Of a DNA stretch of 64,000 nucleotides, positions 48,561-59,167 are shown piece after piece. The position numbers and the translations under genes are program-made. The notes under the pieces were generated by a model that saw nothing but the letters and a program-made list of their open reading frames with translations, was not told the DNA's origin and did not search any database. The stretch's first letter is position 1; each line of letters begins with the position of its first letter. The DNA is from Patescibacteria group bacterium (GTDB taxonomy: Bacteria > Patescibacteriota > Patescibacteriia > UBA10025 > JAHIVO01): the NCBI GenBank assembly GCA_041650915.1, contig JBAZKE010000001.1:611097-675096 (forward strand). Reading direction: 5' to 3'.

Positions 48561-49499
48561 TTACTCATATTTGGAATTTTGAAATAATTGCTTAATTCTT
48601 TTTTTCATAGTAGTCGCTGAATCACGCAAAGCCACCTGTTCATCGTCAGATAACTGCATTTCTACAATTTTTTCAATACCAGTACTCCCGAGCTGCACGG
48701 GAACACCAAGAAATAAATTGGTAAATCCATACTCACCATCGAGGAATGCGCTACATGGCAAAATTACCTTACTATCAGTTAAAATCGCGTCAACCATTTC
48801 CGTAATTGAATAAGCTGCTGCAAAGTACGCGCTTCCGGTGCGCAACAGATTTACCAACTCCTGTCCACTCCCTTTTACCCTATCAATCAGTTTCTTTATT
48901 CGATCTGCAGCCATTAATTCTGCCAGAGGCTCTCCGTCAACTTTTGTCTGGCTGATCAATGGGACCATCGTGTCACCATGACTTCCTAAAATGATTGTTT
49001 CAACATGATCTGCCGGAATCTGAAGTAATTCAGCAATATGAGCTTTCAGGCGAATCGTATCAAGAATACCCGACATCCCAATTACTTTTTGCTTGGATAA
49101 CTTACTCAGACGGTAGGCAAGATATGACATAAGATCGACGGGATTGGAAACTACAACTAAAATTGCTTTTGGTGAATAGCGCAAAATGCGTGGAAGAACC
49201 GTACGCATAATCCGTTGATTGCATTCAAATAGGTCATCTCTGGTCATGCCAGGTGTCCGTGGTTTACCAGCCGTAATGATCACAATATCAGAATTGGAGG
49301 TCATCGCGTAATTAGATGTGCCCACTATAGAAATCTGCGAATGCATCAATGAAAGTGCATGTCGAATATCAAGCGCTTGCCCTTTGGCGTGATCCTCTTT
49401 AATATCTAATAACACGATTTCAGCAAGCTTTTTCTCTGCAAGTATAAGAGCAACATGACTTCCCACTCTACCGGCGCCAATAATTGATATTTTAGGCAT
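48561..49499 (-). CDS. mdh: Malate dehydrogenase (LDH-like MDH family)
   Basis: KISIIGAGRVGSHVA, substrate loop ITAGKPRTPGMTRDDL (Arg at the specificity position fits MDH rather than LDH), catalytic His in ILGSHGDTMVP. Track ORF extends 25 codons upstream to ATG 49574; the internal ATG at 49499 gives the canonical N-terminus. Confidence 0.75.
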   Translation of the reverse strand: MPKISIIGAGRVGSHVALILAEKKLAEIVLLDIKEDHAKGQALDIRHALSLMHSQISIVGTSNYAMTSNSDIVIITAGKPRTPGMTRDDLFECNQRIMRTVLPRILRYSPKAILVVVSNPVDLMSYLAYRLSKLSKQKVIGMSGILDTIRLKAHIAELLQIPADHVETIILGSHGDTMVPLISQTKVDGEPLAELMAADRIKKLIDRVKGSGQELVNLLRTGSAYFAAAYSITEMVDAILTDSKVILPCSAFLDGEYGFTNLFLGVPVQLGSTGIEKIVEMQLSDDEQVALRDSATTMKKRIKQLFQNSKYE

Positions 49500-49592
49500 A
49501 GTGGAATAGACCAAATCTTGTAATCGGATAAAACTCCTCTCTATAGTATACACTAGGTTGGCATACTGCGTCATTAGACGATCAATTAAATA

Positions 49593-49621
49593 TAGACAAA
49601 TCTCAATCTTTATATTATAAT
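49593..49621 (+). promoter_or_regulatory. Sigma-70-like promoter TAGACA(49593-49598), 17-nt spacer, TATAAT(49616-49621) upstream of the second flippase gene
   Basis: Read directly; same TAGACA -35 variant as at 8210; gene ATG at 49691. Confidence 0.45.
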
Positions 49622-49690
49622 ATATGCAAACTTTAAGAATTTCTTTTTATCGTAAATGATCCCAGTTAGATATTTTTGATTGAATAAAAA

Positions 49691-51175
49691 ATGGCAGAAA
49701 CAGCTAACACAAAAAAATTTACTGCAGATGTTGGAATTCGCTTCATTGCGCAGATTTTGTTAAAACTGCGAGCACTGGTATTTCTACCAATCATTTCAAA
49801 AAAATTAGGAGCGGAAGAATATGGCATTTGGACACAAATTACTCTGACCATATCACTTTTGGTCCCGATTTTTATGCTTCGTCTAGAAACTGCATGCATC
49901 CGGTTTTTAAATTCACAAAAGGATAAAGCGAACATTAAGAATATTTTCTTTTCGTCTTTGTTTTTGATTTGGCTCCTCTCTGCAGTTATTTCAATTATTG
50001 TAATTCTTTTTAAAAACACAGTATCCTTTGTTCTATTTGGTGAGGATAAAAGTTCCAATTTAATATTACTATTCGTTATACTAGTTTTGGCTCAAGTTAC
50101 TTTTCAATTTGTTTTAAATTATTACAGAGCATTTAATAAAATTAAACAATATTCCTCAATTGAAGTAATTACTTCTTTTTTTGAATTGTTTGGTATTATT
50201 ATTCTTATTGTATTTTTTAATACGGGAATTCGGAGCGCTTTAATTGTTATGATTACAGTTGAACTTATAACATCATTCTTTATAATCGTAAATATATTTA
50301 AAGAACTGGGCTTCACTTTTGAAATTAACGTTCGTAAATACGTAATACCACTTTTTAAATTCAGTTACCCTCTTATTCTCACCGGTTTAACGTTTTGGAT
50401 AATTAATATGAGCGATAGATTCATGATTGTGCATCTTATTGATGTTCAAAATGCTGGATTCTATACTGCTTCTTATAATCTTGCCGGACTAATTATGTTT
50501 TTCCTCACGCCAATTTCATTTACTTTATTCCCGGTCATTTCTCAATTATGGGAAGAAAAACGCATTGCATCGGTTACATTGTATATGGAAAAATCTTTAA
50601 AATTTTTTTTACTAATAAGCATTCCACTCGTTGTTATTATTTCCTATTACTCTCAAAAATTATTGGTGGTTCTCGCAACTGAGGAATTTATTACGTCAAG
50701 ATTACTCATTTTTCTTATAGCAGCGGGTTATCTTTCAATCGGTGTATATCAAATTTTTGCATATATTTTTCATCTTAAAAATAAAACAAATAAAGCCATC
50801 CCTCTCTTTATCTTTGTTTCAATACTGAATATTGTATTAAACTTTATATTAATCCCAAAACTTGAGATACTAGGAGCAGCATTGTCGACTTTTATCTCAT
50901 ATCTTATTTTAATGCTATTGGTTATTATTATTACCAAAAAATGGCTTATCATTAGAATTCCGTATATTGAAATTTTAAAATATATAGTTTCCGCATTAGT
51001 ATTGCTTGGTCTATTAATGTTTTTTAAATCTACACATCTTGGTACGATCATTCTGGCTTCCACTATCGGCCTTATTGTATATAGTTTACTAGTTTATATT
51101 TTAAAGGGAGTCGACAAAAAAGAAATCGAATTCCTTAAAACCTTTTTTAATAAATCCAATACAAGCAATATTTAA
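49691..51175 (+). CDS. wzx: Wzx-type polysaccharide flippase (MOP superfamily), second copy, very AT-rich
   Basis: 494 aa, about 14 TM; N-terminal conserved block (DVGIRFIAQILLKLRALVFLPIISKKLGAEEYGIW). Confidence 0.7.
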   Translation: MAETANTKKFTADVGIRFIAQILLKLRALVFLPIISKKLGAEEYGIWTQITLTISLLVPIFMLRLETACIRFLNSQKDKANIKNIFFSSLFLIWLLSAVISIIVILFKNTVSFVLFGEDKSSNLILLFVILVLAQVTFQFVLNYYRAFNKIKQYSSIEVITSFFELFGIIILIVFFNTGIRSALIVMITVELITSFFIIVNIFKELGFTFEINVRKYVIPLFKFSYPLILTGLTFWIINMSDRFMIVHLIDVQNAGFYTASYNLAGLIMFFLTPISFTLFPVISQLWEEKRIASVTLYMEKSLKFFLLISIPLVVIISYYSQKLLVVLATEEFITSRLLIFLIAAGYLSIGVYQIFAYIFHLKNKTNKAIPLFIFVSILNIVLNFILIPKLEILGAALSTFISYLILMLLVIIITKKWLIIRIPYIEILKYIVSALVLLGLLMFFKSTHLGTIILASTIGLIVYSLLVYILKGVDKKEIEFLKTFFNKSNTSNI

Positions 51176-51193
51176 CATTAAACGATTTAAACC

Positions 51194-51898
51194 ATGATAA
51201 CAAAAATCAGCGATAAGTATTTTGAAACGCTGGGCGAACCAAAACCAATTGCAGGTTTTCCAAGTGCAATTGATAAATATCGATTTTACTTCATTGCAAA
51301 ACTTGTCATTGGTAACAGCGTACTTGATATAGGTGCCTATTTTGGTGATTTTCTCAAAGTATATGCATTAATTAACCCACATGCTGAGTTATTAGCAACC
51401 GATATCAATGAAAAACGGGTTGCTATCATCGACAGATCACTTAATAGGAACGTCGCGCGAGTTGATTTTAAAAATGGAGAATTAAAAACATTCCAGAACA
51501 AATGCGTCGATACGATTGTATGCACCGAAGTTCTAGAACATGTGTACGATAATGAATTTGCGATGACGGAATTGATGAGAGTCGCACGAAAAAGAATAAT
51601 AATTACTGTCCCGTTTAATGAAAAAATTCAGCAACATCTGTGTCTGCACTGTAATCAATACACCCCACCATCAGGACATCTTCATGAATATCAACTGAAT
51701 TCTTTTGACAAATACCAAAACGATAGATGGAAAATATCTTGCGTAAACACTTTTGGCAATCGGGTTTTTAATAATATGATAAATAAAACTGGTCATCGTT
51801 ATATCGCATTGAGCGTCGATGCCGTATTAAAACGAATATTACCATCAAAAAATAGATGGCTATTAATCATACTAGACAATGCTGAATCAATACGATAA
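51194..51898 (+). CDS. Class I SAM-dependent methyltransferase
   Basis: VLDIGAYFGDF (motif I), ATDINEKRV, DTIVCTEVLEHV (motif post-II/III); 234 aa. Confidence 0.7.
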   Translation: MITKISDKYFETLGEPKPIAGFPSAIDKYRFYFIAKLVIGNSVLDIGAYFGDFLKVYALINPHAELLATDINEKRVAIIDRSLNRNVARVDFKNGELKTFQNKCVDTIVCTEVLEHVYDNEFAMTELMRVARKRIIITVPFNEKIQQHLCLHCNQYTPPSGHLHEYQLNSFDKYQNDRWKISCVNTFGNRVFNNMINKTGHRYIALSVDAVLKRILPSKNRWLLIILDNAESIR

Positions 51899-53084
51899 AG
51901 AACAGAAGGTATGTTGTTTGGTTATTGGTGGCCATGTTAATGGCTATTCAATTATCCAAGATTTGTACGATAGGGGGGTTCATCGCATTTTATTACTTGA
52001 TTTTATAAAACCGATTGCCTCCTACAGTAATAAAATTAAGCAATTTATTCAAATTCCTGAAACTTCTATTGCTTTGCATGAAAAGCTAGTTCAATTAAAT
52101 AAAAAATTTGCGTATATTATTCTTTTTCCTACAGCAGACAATCATATTGAACTTTTACACACATTGCATGAAAAAATTAAGCAATTTTGCTTTATACCAT
52201 TTAATAATGATACGATAGAATCGTATTTGAATAAATCGGTCCAATATGACTATTGTAAAAAACTTGGGATCCCCTACCCAAAGACATTAGTCATTAACTA
52301 CGCATCGGATTTTAATGCTATTGCAACATTGATGTTTCCAGTTTTAATAAAACCTGACAAACGTGATGATATTACAACGAATATCTTTCGTAACCGACTG
52401 ATTAAAAATGCTGATGAATTCAAAAAAGTTACCCCGGAACTAAATACCTTTTTAAGAAAAGGCCATCATTTCATCGCTTCGGAGATGGTGCCCGGTAGCG
52501 GTGATATGGTTTTCGCCTATGTCGGCTATCGTAATAAAAACGGAGAGATTATCAACGAATGGACTGGGAAAAAACTTTCACAGTATCCGAATGATTTTGG
52601 TGTTTTTGCAAGTGCCTCAAACCAATCCCCCGCGATAATCAAAGAACAAGGTCGCCGATTATTGCACGGCATGAATATTTTCGGCATTGCCGAACCTGAG
52701 TTTAAATATGATTACCGCGACCAACACTATAAATTAATGGAAATCAACTTTCGATCAATGATGTGGCACAGAGTGGGTAATCTTTCAGGAATCAATCTTC
52801 AATATACTCAATACTGTGATGCGCTTGGGCGTAAGGTAGAAAAACAAACTCAAAATCAAAACCAACGTATTCATTATATTTTTCTGAATCACGAAATCGA
52901 AAATCTATTTCGACGAAAAGGATATTGCAAAATTTTCAAGACTAACTTATTCGGAGGAGAAAAGACATTTTTAGCGATACATGATTGGCATGATCCAAAA
53001 CCACTCTTGATAAACTATATAAAAATAATTAAATTTATTTTTTTTAATTTTATAAGCTTTTTTTTCCATGCCAAAAACAATTAA
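51879..53084 (+). CDS. ATP-grasp-fold enzyme (candidate sugar-carboxylate/amino-acid ligase)
   Basis: 401 aa. Pre-ATP-grasp Rossmann-like N-domain (CCLVIGGHVNGYSIIQDL), central region (FPVLIKPDKRDD...FIASEMVPGSGDMVFAYVGY) and C-terminal (LMEINFRS) pattern typical of ATP-grasp; assigned from motifs only. Confidence 0.5.
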   Translation: MLNQYDKEQKVCCLVIGGHVNGYSIIQDLYDRGVHRILLLDFIKPIASYSNKIKQFIQIPETSIALHEKLVQLNKKFAYIILFPTADNHIELLHTLHEKIKQFCFIPFNNDTIESYLNKSVQYDYCKKLGIPYPKTLVINYASDFNAIATLMFPVLIKPDKRDDITTNIFRNRLIKNADEFKKVTPELNTFLRKGHHFIASEMVPGSGDMVFAYVGYRNKNGEIINEWTGKKLSQYPNDFGVFASASNQSPAIIKEQGRRLLHGMNIFGIAEPEFKYDYRDQHYKLMEINFRSMMWHRVGNLSGINLQYTQYCDALGRKVEKQTQNQNQRIHYIFLNHEIENLFRRKGYCKIFKTNLFGGEKTFLAIHDWHDPKPLLINYIKIIKFIFFNFISFFFHAKNN

Positions 53085-53559
53085 AAACCGAATCCAAATG
53101 ATTGTGAAAAAAAGTTTACTAAAGAAAAAAGGAGTGATTATTCACCATAATTGTTTTTTCACGAAGATTAAATTTCAAGGTTCTGCCATGATTGAACCAT
53201 ATTGTCGATTTATTGGTGATCCAATAATTATTATTGGCAAGCATTTTTACTGCAATGCATTCTGCCATTTTTTGGGAAATATTACTATTGGAAATGACGT
53301 AAATATTGGTCCACAAACAGTAATATGGGGAAGAGACCACGGCATCGCAAAAAACCAATTAATGCGTACACAACCCCATAGTAAACAAAAAATTACAATT
53401 GGCGATGATGTTTGGATTGGAGCCCACGTCACGATACTAAAAGGCGTTACAATTAGCACTGGCGCTGTGATAGGAGCCGGAAGCGTCGTTACTAAAGATA
53501 TCCCTCCTTTTGGGATTGCCATCGGTAATCCTGCGCATGTCATTAAATTTCGGTCATAA
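53068..53559 (+). CDS. Hexapeptide-repeat acetyltransferase (maltose/galactoside O-acetyltransferase or WbbJ-like)
   Basis: IGDDVWIGAHVTILKGVTISTGAVIGAGSVVTKDIPPFGIAIGNPAHVIKFR; 163 aa; 17-nt overlap with the ATP-grasp gene. Confidence 0.75.
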   Translation: MPKTIKNRIQMIVKKSLLKKKGVIIHHNCFFTKIKFQGSAMIEPYCRFIGDPIIIIGKHFYCNAFCHFLGNITIGNDVNIGPQTVIWGRDHGIAKNQLMRTQPHSKQKITIGDDVWIGAHVTILKGVTISTGAVIGAGSVVTKDIPPFGIAIGNPAHVIKFRS

Positions 53560-53569
53560 CTGACAAGTC

Positions 53570-55009
53570 ATGCCCCTTCTTCTAACTTATCAAAATTCCA
53601 ATTTTCGACACCACATTGAGTATTCATTGACTGCTTTATTCCGCTTGATATTCCAGGATTTTTTAGTGATTCCTTATGAACAACTCAAATCAACAGCATT
53701 GTCGACCGATACGCTGATCATTTCCTATGGTAAAAATAAACCAACATGCATAAGTAAATTCAATATTCATATTTATGAATCGATTTTATTTTCAGAGCAA
53801 TACCTCCACCTGACTTCACTGCCACAAAAACCACTAACACTTAATACTGGTATTCCAATCCTCTACCATGCTTCCCAACAAATCACTGGCAATATTAAAA
53901 AAGATAAGCATTCATTAGAGACATCATTCGACCTTGTCGCGTCAGTTTTTTTCATGCTATCACAGTACGAAGAAGTTATTAGTCCCCATTTCGATCAACA
54001 CGGAAGAATTTCTGCACATAGCAGCCTTGCCTATCGAGAACATTTCTTAGCTCGTCCGATTGTAAATGAATATGCACTGCTTATAAAACAGTGGATAATT
54101 GACATTGGATTCCCCATTTCTAGTCTGCTCCAACCAAATAATCGTTTTAACGTATGTCTGACGCATGATATAGACCAGTTGAGTAAATATCCTCTTATCC
54201 GTTCTGTCACGAAGGCTGCATCATTGCTCGTTCGTGGACAGAAAAACCAATTTACTGAATACAGCACACAACTTTGGAATGTGCTTGCTAAAAAGAAATT
54301 GGACCCATATAAAAATATTAAAACAATTCTATCGCTGGAAAAAGAGTACGGCGTGAGATCGACGTTTCTTTTCTTAGTTAACAATGAATACAATAACAAG
54401 TTCAACTACGATATTTCTTCACCGTACGTGCGGCAACAAATAAGCTCCCTACTTTCCACAAATAATGAAATTGCCCTGCATGGAAGCCCGAAAGCATCAA
54501 GGGAATCAAGCGTGCTTCTTCATCAAAAAATAAAGCTTGAACAAATTGTTGGCCGGAAAACTACTTCGAACAGATACCATTTTTTACAATTTAATCCAAC
54601 AATCACGCCTGGCATACTTGAAAAAGCAAAAATAGAGATTGATTCAACCGTTGGCTATTTTGACCACGAGGGTTTTCGTGCAGGAATTTGTACTCCGTAC
54701 TACCTATTCGACCTCGGCCGAGGACAAGCCACAAGCGTGCTCGAGGTCCCACTCATCATCATGGATTGCACCCTTGAACGGCCTCAATACCGCGGCTTGT
54801 CTTTACAAGATAGCAAAACAATCAGCCAGCAATATATAAAAACGGTCAGTTCGTATAATGGTTGCTGTTCTATACTCTGGCACAATACATATTTTGTAGA
54901 AGGCGATTTTACTGGGTATACCGACCTCTATCGTGATATCATTTGTATGATTAAAAATCAGCGAGGCAGCACCATAACGTTACGTGAAGCGCACCAGCAA
55001 TATTCATAA
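53570..55009 (+). CDS. Two-domain protein; C-terminal region polysaccharide-deacetylase (NodB/CE4)-like, tentative
   Basis: 479 aa. Central VCLTHDIDQL (compare NodB motif TFDDG) and EIALHGS (compare H-S/T-..H); the N-terminal approximately 180 aa are unassigned. Weak motif-level call. Confidence 0.3.
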   Translation: MPLLLTYQNSNFRHHIEYSLTALFRLIFQDFLVIPYEQLKSTALSTDTLIISYGKNKPTCISKFNIHIYESILFSEQYLHLTSLPQKPLTLNTGIPILYHASQQITGNIKKDKHSLETSFDLVASVFFMLSQYEEVISPHFDQHGRISAHSSLAYREHFLARPIVNEYALLIKQWIIDIGFPISSLLQPNNRFNVCLTHDIDQLSKYPLIRSVTKAASLLVRGQKNQFTEYSTQLWNVLAKKKLDPYKNIKTILSLEKEYGVRSTFLFLVNNEYNNKFNYDISSPYVRQQISSLLSTNNEIALHGSPKASRESSVLLHQKIKLEQIVGRKTTSNRYHFLQFNPTITPGILEKAKIEIDSTVGYFDHEGFRAGICTPYYLFDLGRGQATSVLEVPLIIMDCTLERPQYRGLSLQDSKTISQQYIKTVSSYNGCCSILWHNTYFVEGDFTGYTDLYRDIICMIKNQRGSTITLREAHQQYS

Positions 55010-55020
55010 ACGACATTACA

Positions 55021-56310
55021 ATGCATCGTAAAAAAATCCTCATTATAACTCATTCGTACCCCCCTGCAGATGGCGGCGCCGTAATGCGAATGGCAAAACT
55101 TGCCAAGTATTTATCACGGGCTCATTGGCAGCCGATCGTCGTTACGCGAACACCAGGAGCGCCAATACGCGACCATGAAGCGTTCAAGGAAGCAACTGCA
55201 GGAATAAAAGTTTATCGAATCCCTACCGGCATCACGGGTAAAATCAGCTCAGCGATCCAAAAGTCAGCGCACAAACATGACACAGCGCTTAGTCAAGTCG
55301 CCAAATATATTGTGCATCAAATTCGTAAACTGCTCATATCAACGCTCTTATTTCCGGATGAATTTACTGTTTGGAATAAAAGGGTATTTAATGAAATACT
55401 AGCCATTGCACAAACCGAAAAGCCGGATATCGTTCTTTCGAGCGGACCGCCATTTAGCATCCATCTGCTCGGCTTACAATTGCAAATGAAAACAGGCATA
55501 CCGCTCATCGCCGATTTTCGAGATGGCTGGCTTGACAATCCGATATTTGATACTAATTTTTTATTACATATTCGAACGAAATATGCCCAACGCAGCATTA
55601 TCAAGAACGCGCGACTTGTCATATGTGCGACGCAGCACATCCAGCAACAATTACTGCAAAGGAATCCTGGTGAAAAACAAAAAATTTTTTTAGCGACGAA
55701 TGGCTTTGACCCAGAAGATTTTCCTGACGCGGAGAAATCGTATCAAAAAGGTACAGTTCTCCATATCGTATATGCAGGGCATATTGGCACGGCGCGGTAT
55801 CCGGCACCTTTTTTCCGGGCTTTCGCTCATTTTCTCCGCGAGACACCAGAAGCCCACAATACAGTATTCATCGATATTTACGGAACGGTATGCAGCCAGC
55901 GGAACACCATAAAAAAAATCTTGCCCCGAAACGTTGTTGAACATGGATATTTGCCGCACAGGGAAATGATTCAAACAGCATGCAAGAGCGACGTGCTTTT
56001 GGTGCTCTTTTATAAGAATGAGGATCCTCGAGCCGCATTTACCGGGAAGCTAACTGAATGTTTCGCGGCGGTGAGGCCCATTCTTGCACTGATCGATTCC
56101 GGCCCGGTAGCTGATATTATCAACCAATACCAGATTGGCTACGTAGTCGATCAAAACGACGAAAATGCACTCCGAGACGTTCTCCATAAATTATACGGCA
56201 GATGGCGTTCAGATGATTTGCATATACAAAAACATCCCGATCTTATTGACCGTTTCAACAGAAAAAAAATATTCGAACAATTAGAAAAAAAACTTCAAGC
56301 AATAGTATAG
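55021..56310 (+). CDS. GT-B glycosyltransferase (GT4-like)
   Basis: ILIITHSYPPADGGAVMRMAKLAKYL N-domain; C-terminal FTGKLTECFAAVRPILAL...QIGYVV. Confidence 0.6.
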   Translation: MHRKKILIITHSYPPADGGAVMRMAKLAKYLSRAHWQPIVVTRTPGAPIRDHEAFKEATAGIKVYRIPTGITGKISSAIQKSAHKHDTALSQVAKYIVHQIRKLLISTLLFPDEFTVWNKRVFNEILAIAQTEKPDIVLSSGPPFSIHLLGLQLQMKTGIPLIADFRDGWLDNPIFDTNFLLHIRTKYAQRSIIKNARLVICATQHIQQQLLQRNPGEKQKIFLATNGFDPEDFPDAEKSYQKGTVLHIVYAGHIGTARYPAPFFRAFAHFLRETPEAHNTVFIDIYGTVCSQRNTIKKILPRNVVEHGYLPHREMIQTACKSDVLLVLFYKNEDPRAAFTGKLTECFAAVRPILALIDSGPVADIINQYQIGYVVDQNDENALRDVLHKLYGRWRSDDLHIQKHPDLIDRFNRKKIFEQLEKKLQAIV

Positions 56311-56321
56311 AAAGAGAGCAT

Positions 56322-57233
56322 ATGCGCTTTGATACCGCACCAGCGAGAGTTTCAATCATAATACTCAATTGGAATGGCCTTGATGATACCATAGAATGCT
56401 TGGAGTCCCTGAAAAAAATTGATTACCCGAACTACAGCATCAGTGTAGCAGACAACGGTTCAGAACACGGAGATGCCGATCTGCTTAAAAAAAAATATGG
56501 CAATTTCATTCGAGTTATTGAGTATAAAACAAACCTCGGTTTTGCTGAAGGTAATAATAGAGCTATAACAATACTGCTCGGCGAGGGCCAAAGTGATTTT
56601 ATACTTCTCCTGAACAACGATACAGTCGTCAGAGGTGATTTTCTTTCGAAACTGGTTGACGTAGCTCTTCGTAATGAAACGATAGGAATTATCGGCTCAA
56701 AAAATTACTTCTACACACCCGAAAGGAAAACTAACCGAATTTGGTGTAACGGGGCAAAAATCGCTTGGTGGCAAGGAAGCATTAAGCATTTTCAAAAAGA
56801 AAGGCACGTGCCTGCTGATATGCCTTACTTTGACTCAGAATTTGTTGTCGGCAGTGCTATGCTCATTAGGACTTCAGTTTTTAAAACAGTTGGGTTGCTT
56901 GATCCTTCGTATTTTTGCTACGGTGAAGATGGCGACTTTTGTTTACGTGCTAAAAAACACGGATACCAATCAGTGTATGCGCCAGCGTCCGTTATTTGGC
57001 ACAAAATTAACCAATCATTAACATCTTTTTCCCCAAACTATACGTACCTTGTCACGCGCAATAAATTTTGGCTTATAAAAAGAAACTTTATTTGGTTTAA
57101 ATATGGCGTCTTTGTCATTGTTTTTCTTGCGGTCAAGCAGCCTCTCTGGGTGGCACGCTTTCTCTGGCGGGGAAATTTCCTTCAAATCTTTTATTTTTAC
57201 CGCGGTATTATCGATGGCCTCATGAAAAACTAG
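56322..57233 (+). CDS. Glycosyltransferase family 2 (WbbL/rhamnosyltransferase-like)
   Basis: VSIIILNWNGLDDTIECLESL, SISVADNGSEHGD, NLGFAEGNNRAI, LLNNDTVV. Confidence 0.8.
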   Translation: MRFDTAPARVSIIILNWNGLDDTIECLESLKKIDYPNYSISVADNGSEHGDADLLKKKYGNFIRVIEYKTNLGFAEGNNRAITILLGEGQSDFILLLNNDTVVRGDFLSKLVDVALRNETIGIIGSKNYFYTPERKTNRIWCNGAKIAWWQGSIKHFQKERHVPADMPYFDSEFVVGSAMLIRTSVFKTVGLLDPSYFCYGEDGDFCLRAKKHGYQSVYAPASVIWHKINQSLTSFSPNYTYLVTRNKFWLIKRNFIWFKYGVFVIVFLAVKQPLWVARFLWRGNFLQIFYFYRGIIDGLMKN

Positions 57234-59162
57234 CTAGTGCCAAATATTTTTTGTTTTGCTATCCACCGTCAAGTTTTCATCATAGTATTGCGAAATAAAC
57301 TCCTGAACGAACTGACCTTCAACTCTATACAAATTAAGGCTGATTTGGGCTGTTGATGACGGAAGAGGAGGGTTGTTCTTGGTGCAGTCTCCCTCAAACT
57401 GAGCGTAGCTGCGAAAAAGGCTTGGGGTAGTGAGATACTTGCGGAGATCGCATGTCGATCCGGCAATTTTCATTATTGACGACGTCATCTTCTCAACAAA
57501 CTCGAGATGACCGTCAAAGTACGGATGTATCGAGTCGCCGGTTAACTCCTTGGTCGATGCCAAATAGACATTGTCGTATTCTTTCATGATGGAAGCGTAT
57601 ATTTCTTTTCCAAAAGCAGGAATCCTGTCGAATGCAACGTTCGTATCGTAGAGAAAAAAGAGCGGCGGCCCAAAATTTTCATACCGGTACCGGTCCCAAA
57701 AAAATACAACATCATTCTCAGTGAAATGTGATGCAATTTTTTCTTCATACTCGAGCATCCCACCACCGTTGGCGGACAGCAGCATTGTTATGCCCGGCAA
57801 CGAAATGATGATAAAGAGAAGCACCGTAATCGTGATAAAGATTTTCCTGGATGCACGGTGCAAGAGGCCGCTTTTGTTCACCAAAAAACATGCGAATAAG
57901 ATAAATGCAAACGTGAAAAATACTGCCCAGTAGCGGCGTACAAACCAGGGAAGATAAAAAGCGATACCCGGGCGCAGTAAAAATGCGAACTGCGGAAGTA
58001 TGAGAAAAAAGACGAGCATGAGTTTCTGCTTCACCACCCTCTCTTCTTGGAAAAAATTGACCACCCCAAGAAAAAATATCATCACAAAAACAGGAGTAAA
58101 CATGTAAAACATGCTGGCAAAAATAAAGACCTGCTGATTGTACGGGACATACTCAGCAGGGCCCCATGCGAGCGACGCTTCGACTTGGTTATCTTTGATG
58201 AAACTGAGCGCAGGATCAAGAAAAGACGGATCAAACTCAAGCAGGCTCAGTAATACCGCCACGCCGAAGAGGACTGGCAAAAGATACTTCCACCAATGCC
58301 GGAAGTTTATTTTTACCGTTTTTCTGAACAAAAAAACAATAACGATCAAACAGTACACGATAATGTATAAAAACGCTTCGAGCCGGACTGTCATGAGCAG
58401 AACAAGCGGTACGAGAGAAAAAACTATCCACCCAAATTGCTTTTTTTGGAAGCCCCGGACAAACGAATAAACGTAAAACCATGTGAATAAAAGCTGGAGG
58501 TTTTCAACAAACGTCGATCGCGAAAAATATAATGTATAGTAATTTAGCAGAAAAAAGATGACCCACAGCACGCCAATTTTCCAGTTCTTGACACGCTTGA
58601 GCAAAAAGTAAATCAGCGAAGTAGAAAAGAAAAGAATAAAGCAATTGGCGACTTTTATGCCACTGATGCCAAAGAGCGAATAGAAGATTGATAAAAATAC
58701 GGCATTCCCGGGAACAAAGTGGTGCCGCAATAAGCCGTTTTCATACGGGAAAAAACCGGGAACCGCATACGCAAAAGGCGTTTCCGCTGGATCAAGCCAC
58801 AGCGAACCGGTCTTGGCAAGCAGTATCCCAGATTCAAGGTACCCCCCTTGATCATGGCCGCCTTCGATGAGATACTCCGAAAAGTAGAATGAGCTGATGG
58901 TACATATCAATAATATAAAACAAATCGTCAAATAGTCTATTCGGTAATTTTTAAATTGGATGGCTTTACGGTTGACTACGATTACAGCGATACTATAGAC
59001 GGCAGCGAGCAGGCAGAGGGCAGGCAGAGCTGCTTGAAAAAACGTGTACGCATCCAAAACGGCGCAGCAGAGTGCAATACTAAAAATTCCGAGGATTATG
59101 ACAATGGACCGGATGAATAAATTTTCTAAAAAATTTTTATTGATATGGAATAACGCACCCAT
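57234..59162 (-). CDS. Large polytopic membrane protein (M4, 642 aa, more than 14 TM), GT-C-like or YfhO-like glycosyl-modification candidate
   Basis: Hydrophobic throughout. First loop EGGHDQGGYLESGILLAKTGSL with acidic residues. Stop abuts the GT2 gene on the opposite strand. Confidence 0.4.
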   Translation of the reverse strand: MGALFHINKNFLENLFIRSIVIILGIFSIALCCAVLDAYTFFQAALPALCLLAAVYSIAVIVVNRKAIQFKNYRIDYLTICFILLICTISSFYFSEYLIEGGHDQGGYLESGILLAKTGSLWLDPAETPFAYAVPGFFPYENGLLRHHFVPGNAVFLSIFYSLFGISGIKVANCFILFFSTSLIYFLLKRVKNWKIGVLWVIFFLLNYYTLYFSRSTFVENLQLLFTWFYVYSFVRGFQKKQFGWIVFSLVPLVLLMTVRLEAFLYIIVYCLIVIVFLFRKTVKINFRHWWKYLLPVLFGVAVLLSLLEFDPSFLDPALSFIKDNQVEASLAWGPAEYVPYNQQVFIFASMFYMFTPVFVMIFFLGVVNFFQEERVVKQKLMLVFFLILPQFAFLLRPGIAFYLPWFVRRYWAVFFTFAFILFACFLVNKSGLLHRASRKIFITITVLLFIIISLPGITMLLSANGGGMLEYEEKIASHFTENDVVFFWDRYRYENFGPPLFFLYDTNVAFDRIPAFGKEIYASIMKEYDNVYLASTKELTGDSIHPYFDGHLEFVEKMTSSIMKIAGSTCDLRKYLTTPSLFRSYAQFEGDCTKNNPPLPSSTAQISLNLYRVEGQFVQEFISQYYDENLTVDSKTKNIWH

Positions 59163-59167
59163 GATAA

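Noticed and set aside
49500-49574. 25-codon N-terminal extension of malate dehydrogenase (track start 49574)
   Set aside because: MDH/LDH proteins begin directly at the Rossmann strand (MKISIIGAG). The extension has no conserved features, so the internal ATG was preferred, though the longer form cannot be excluded.
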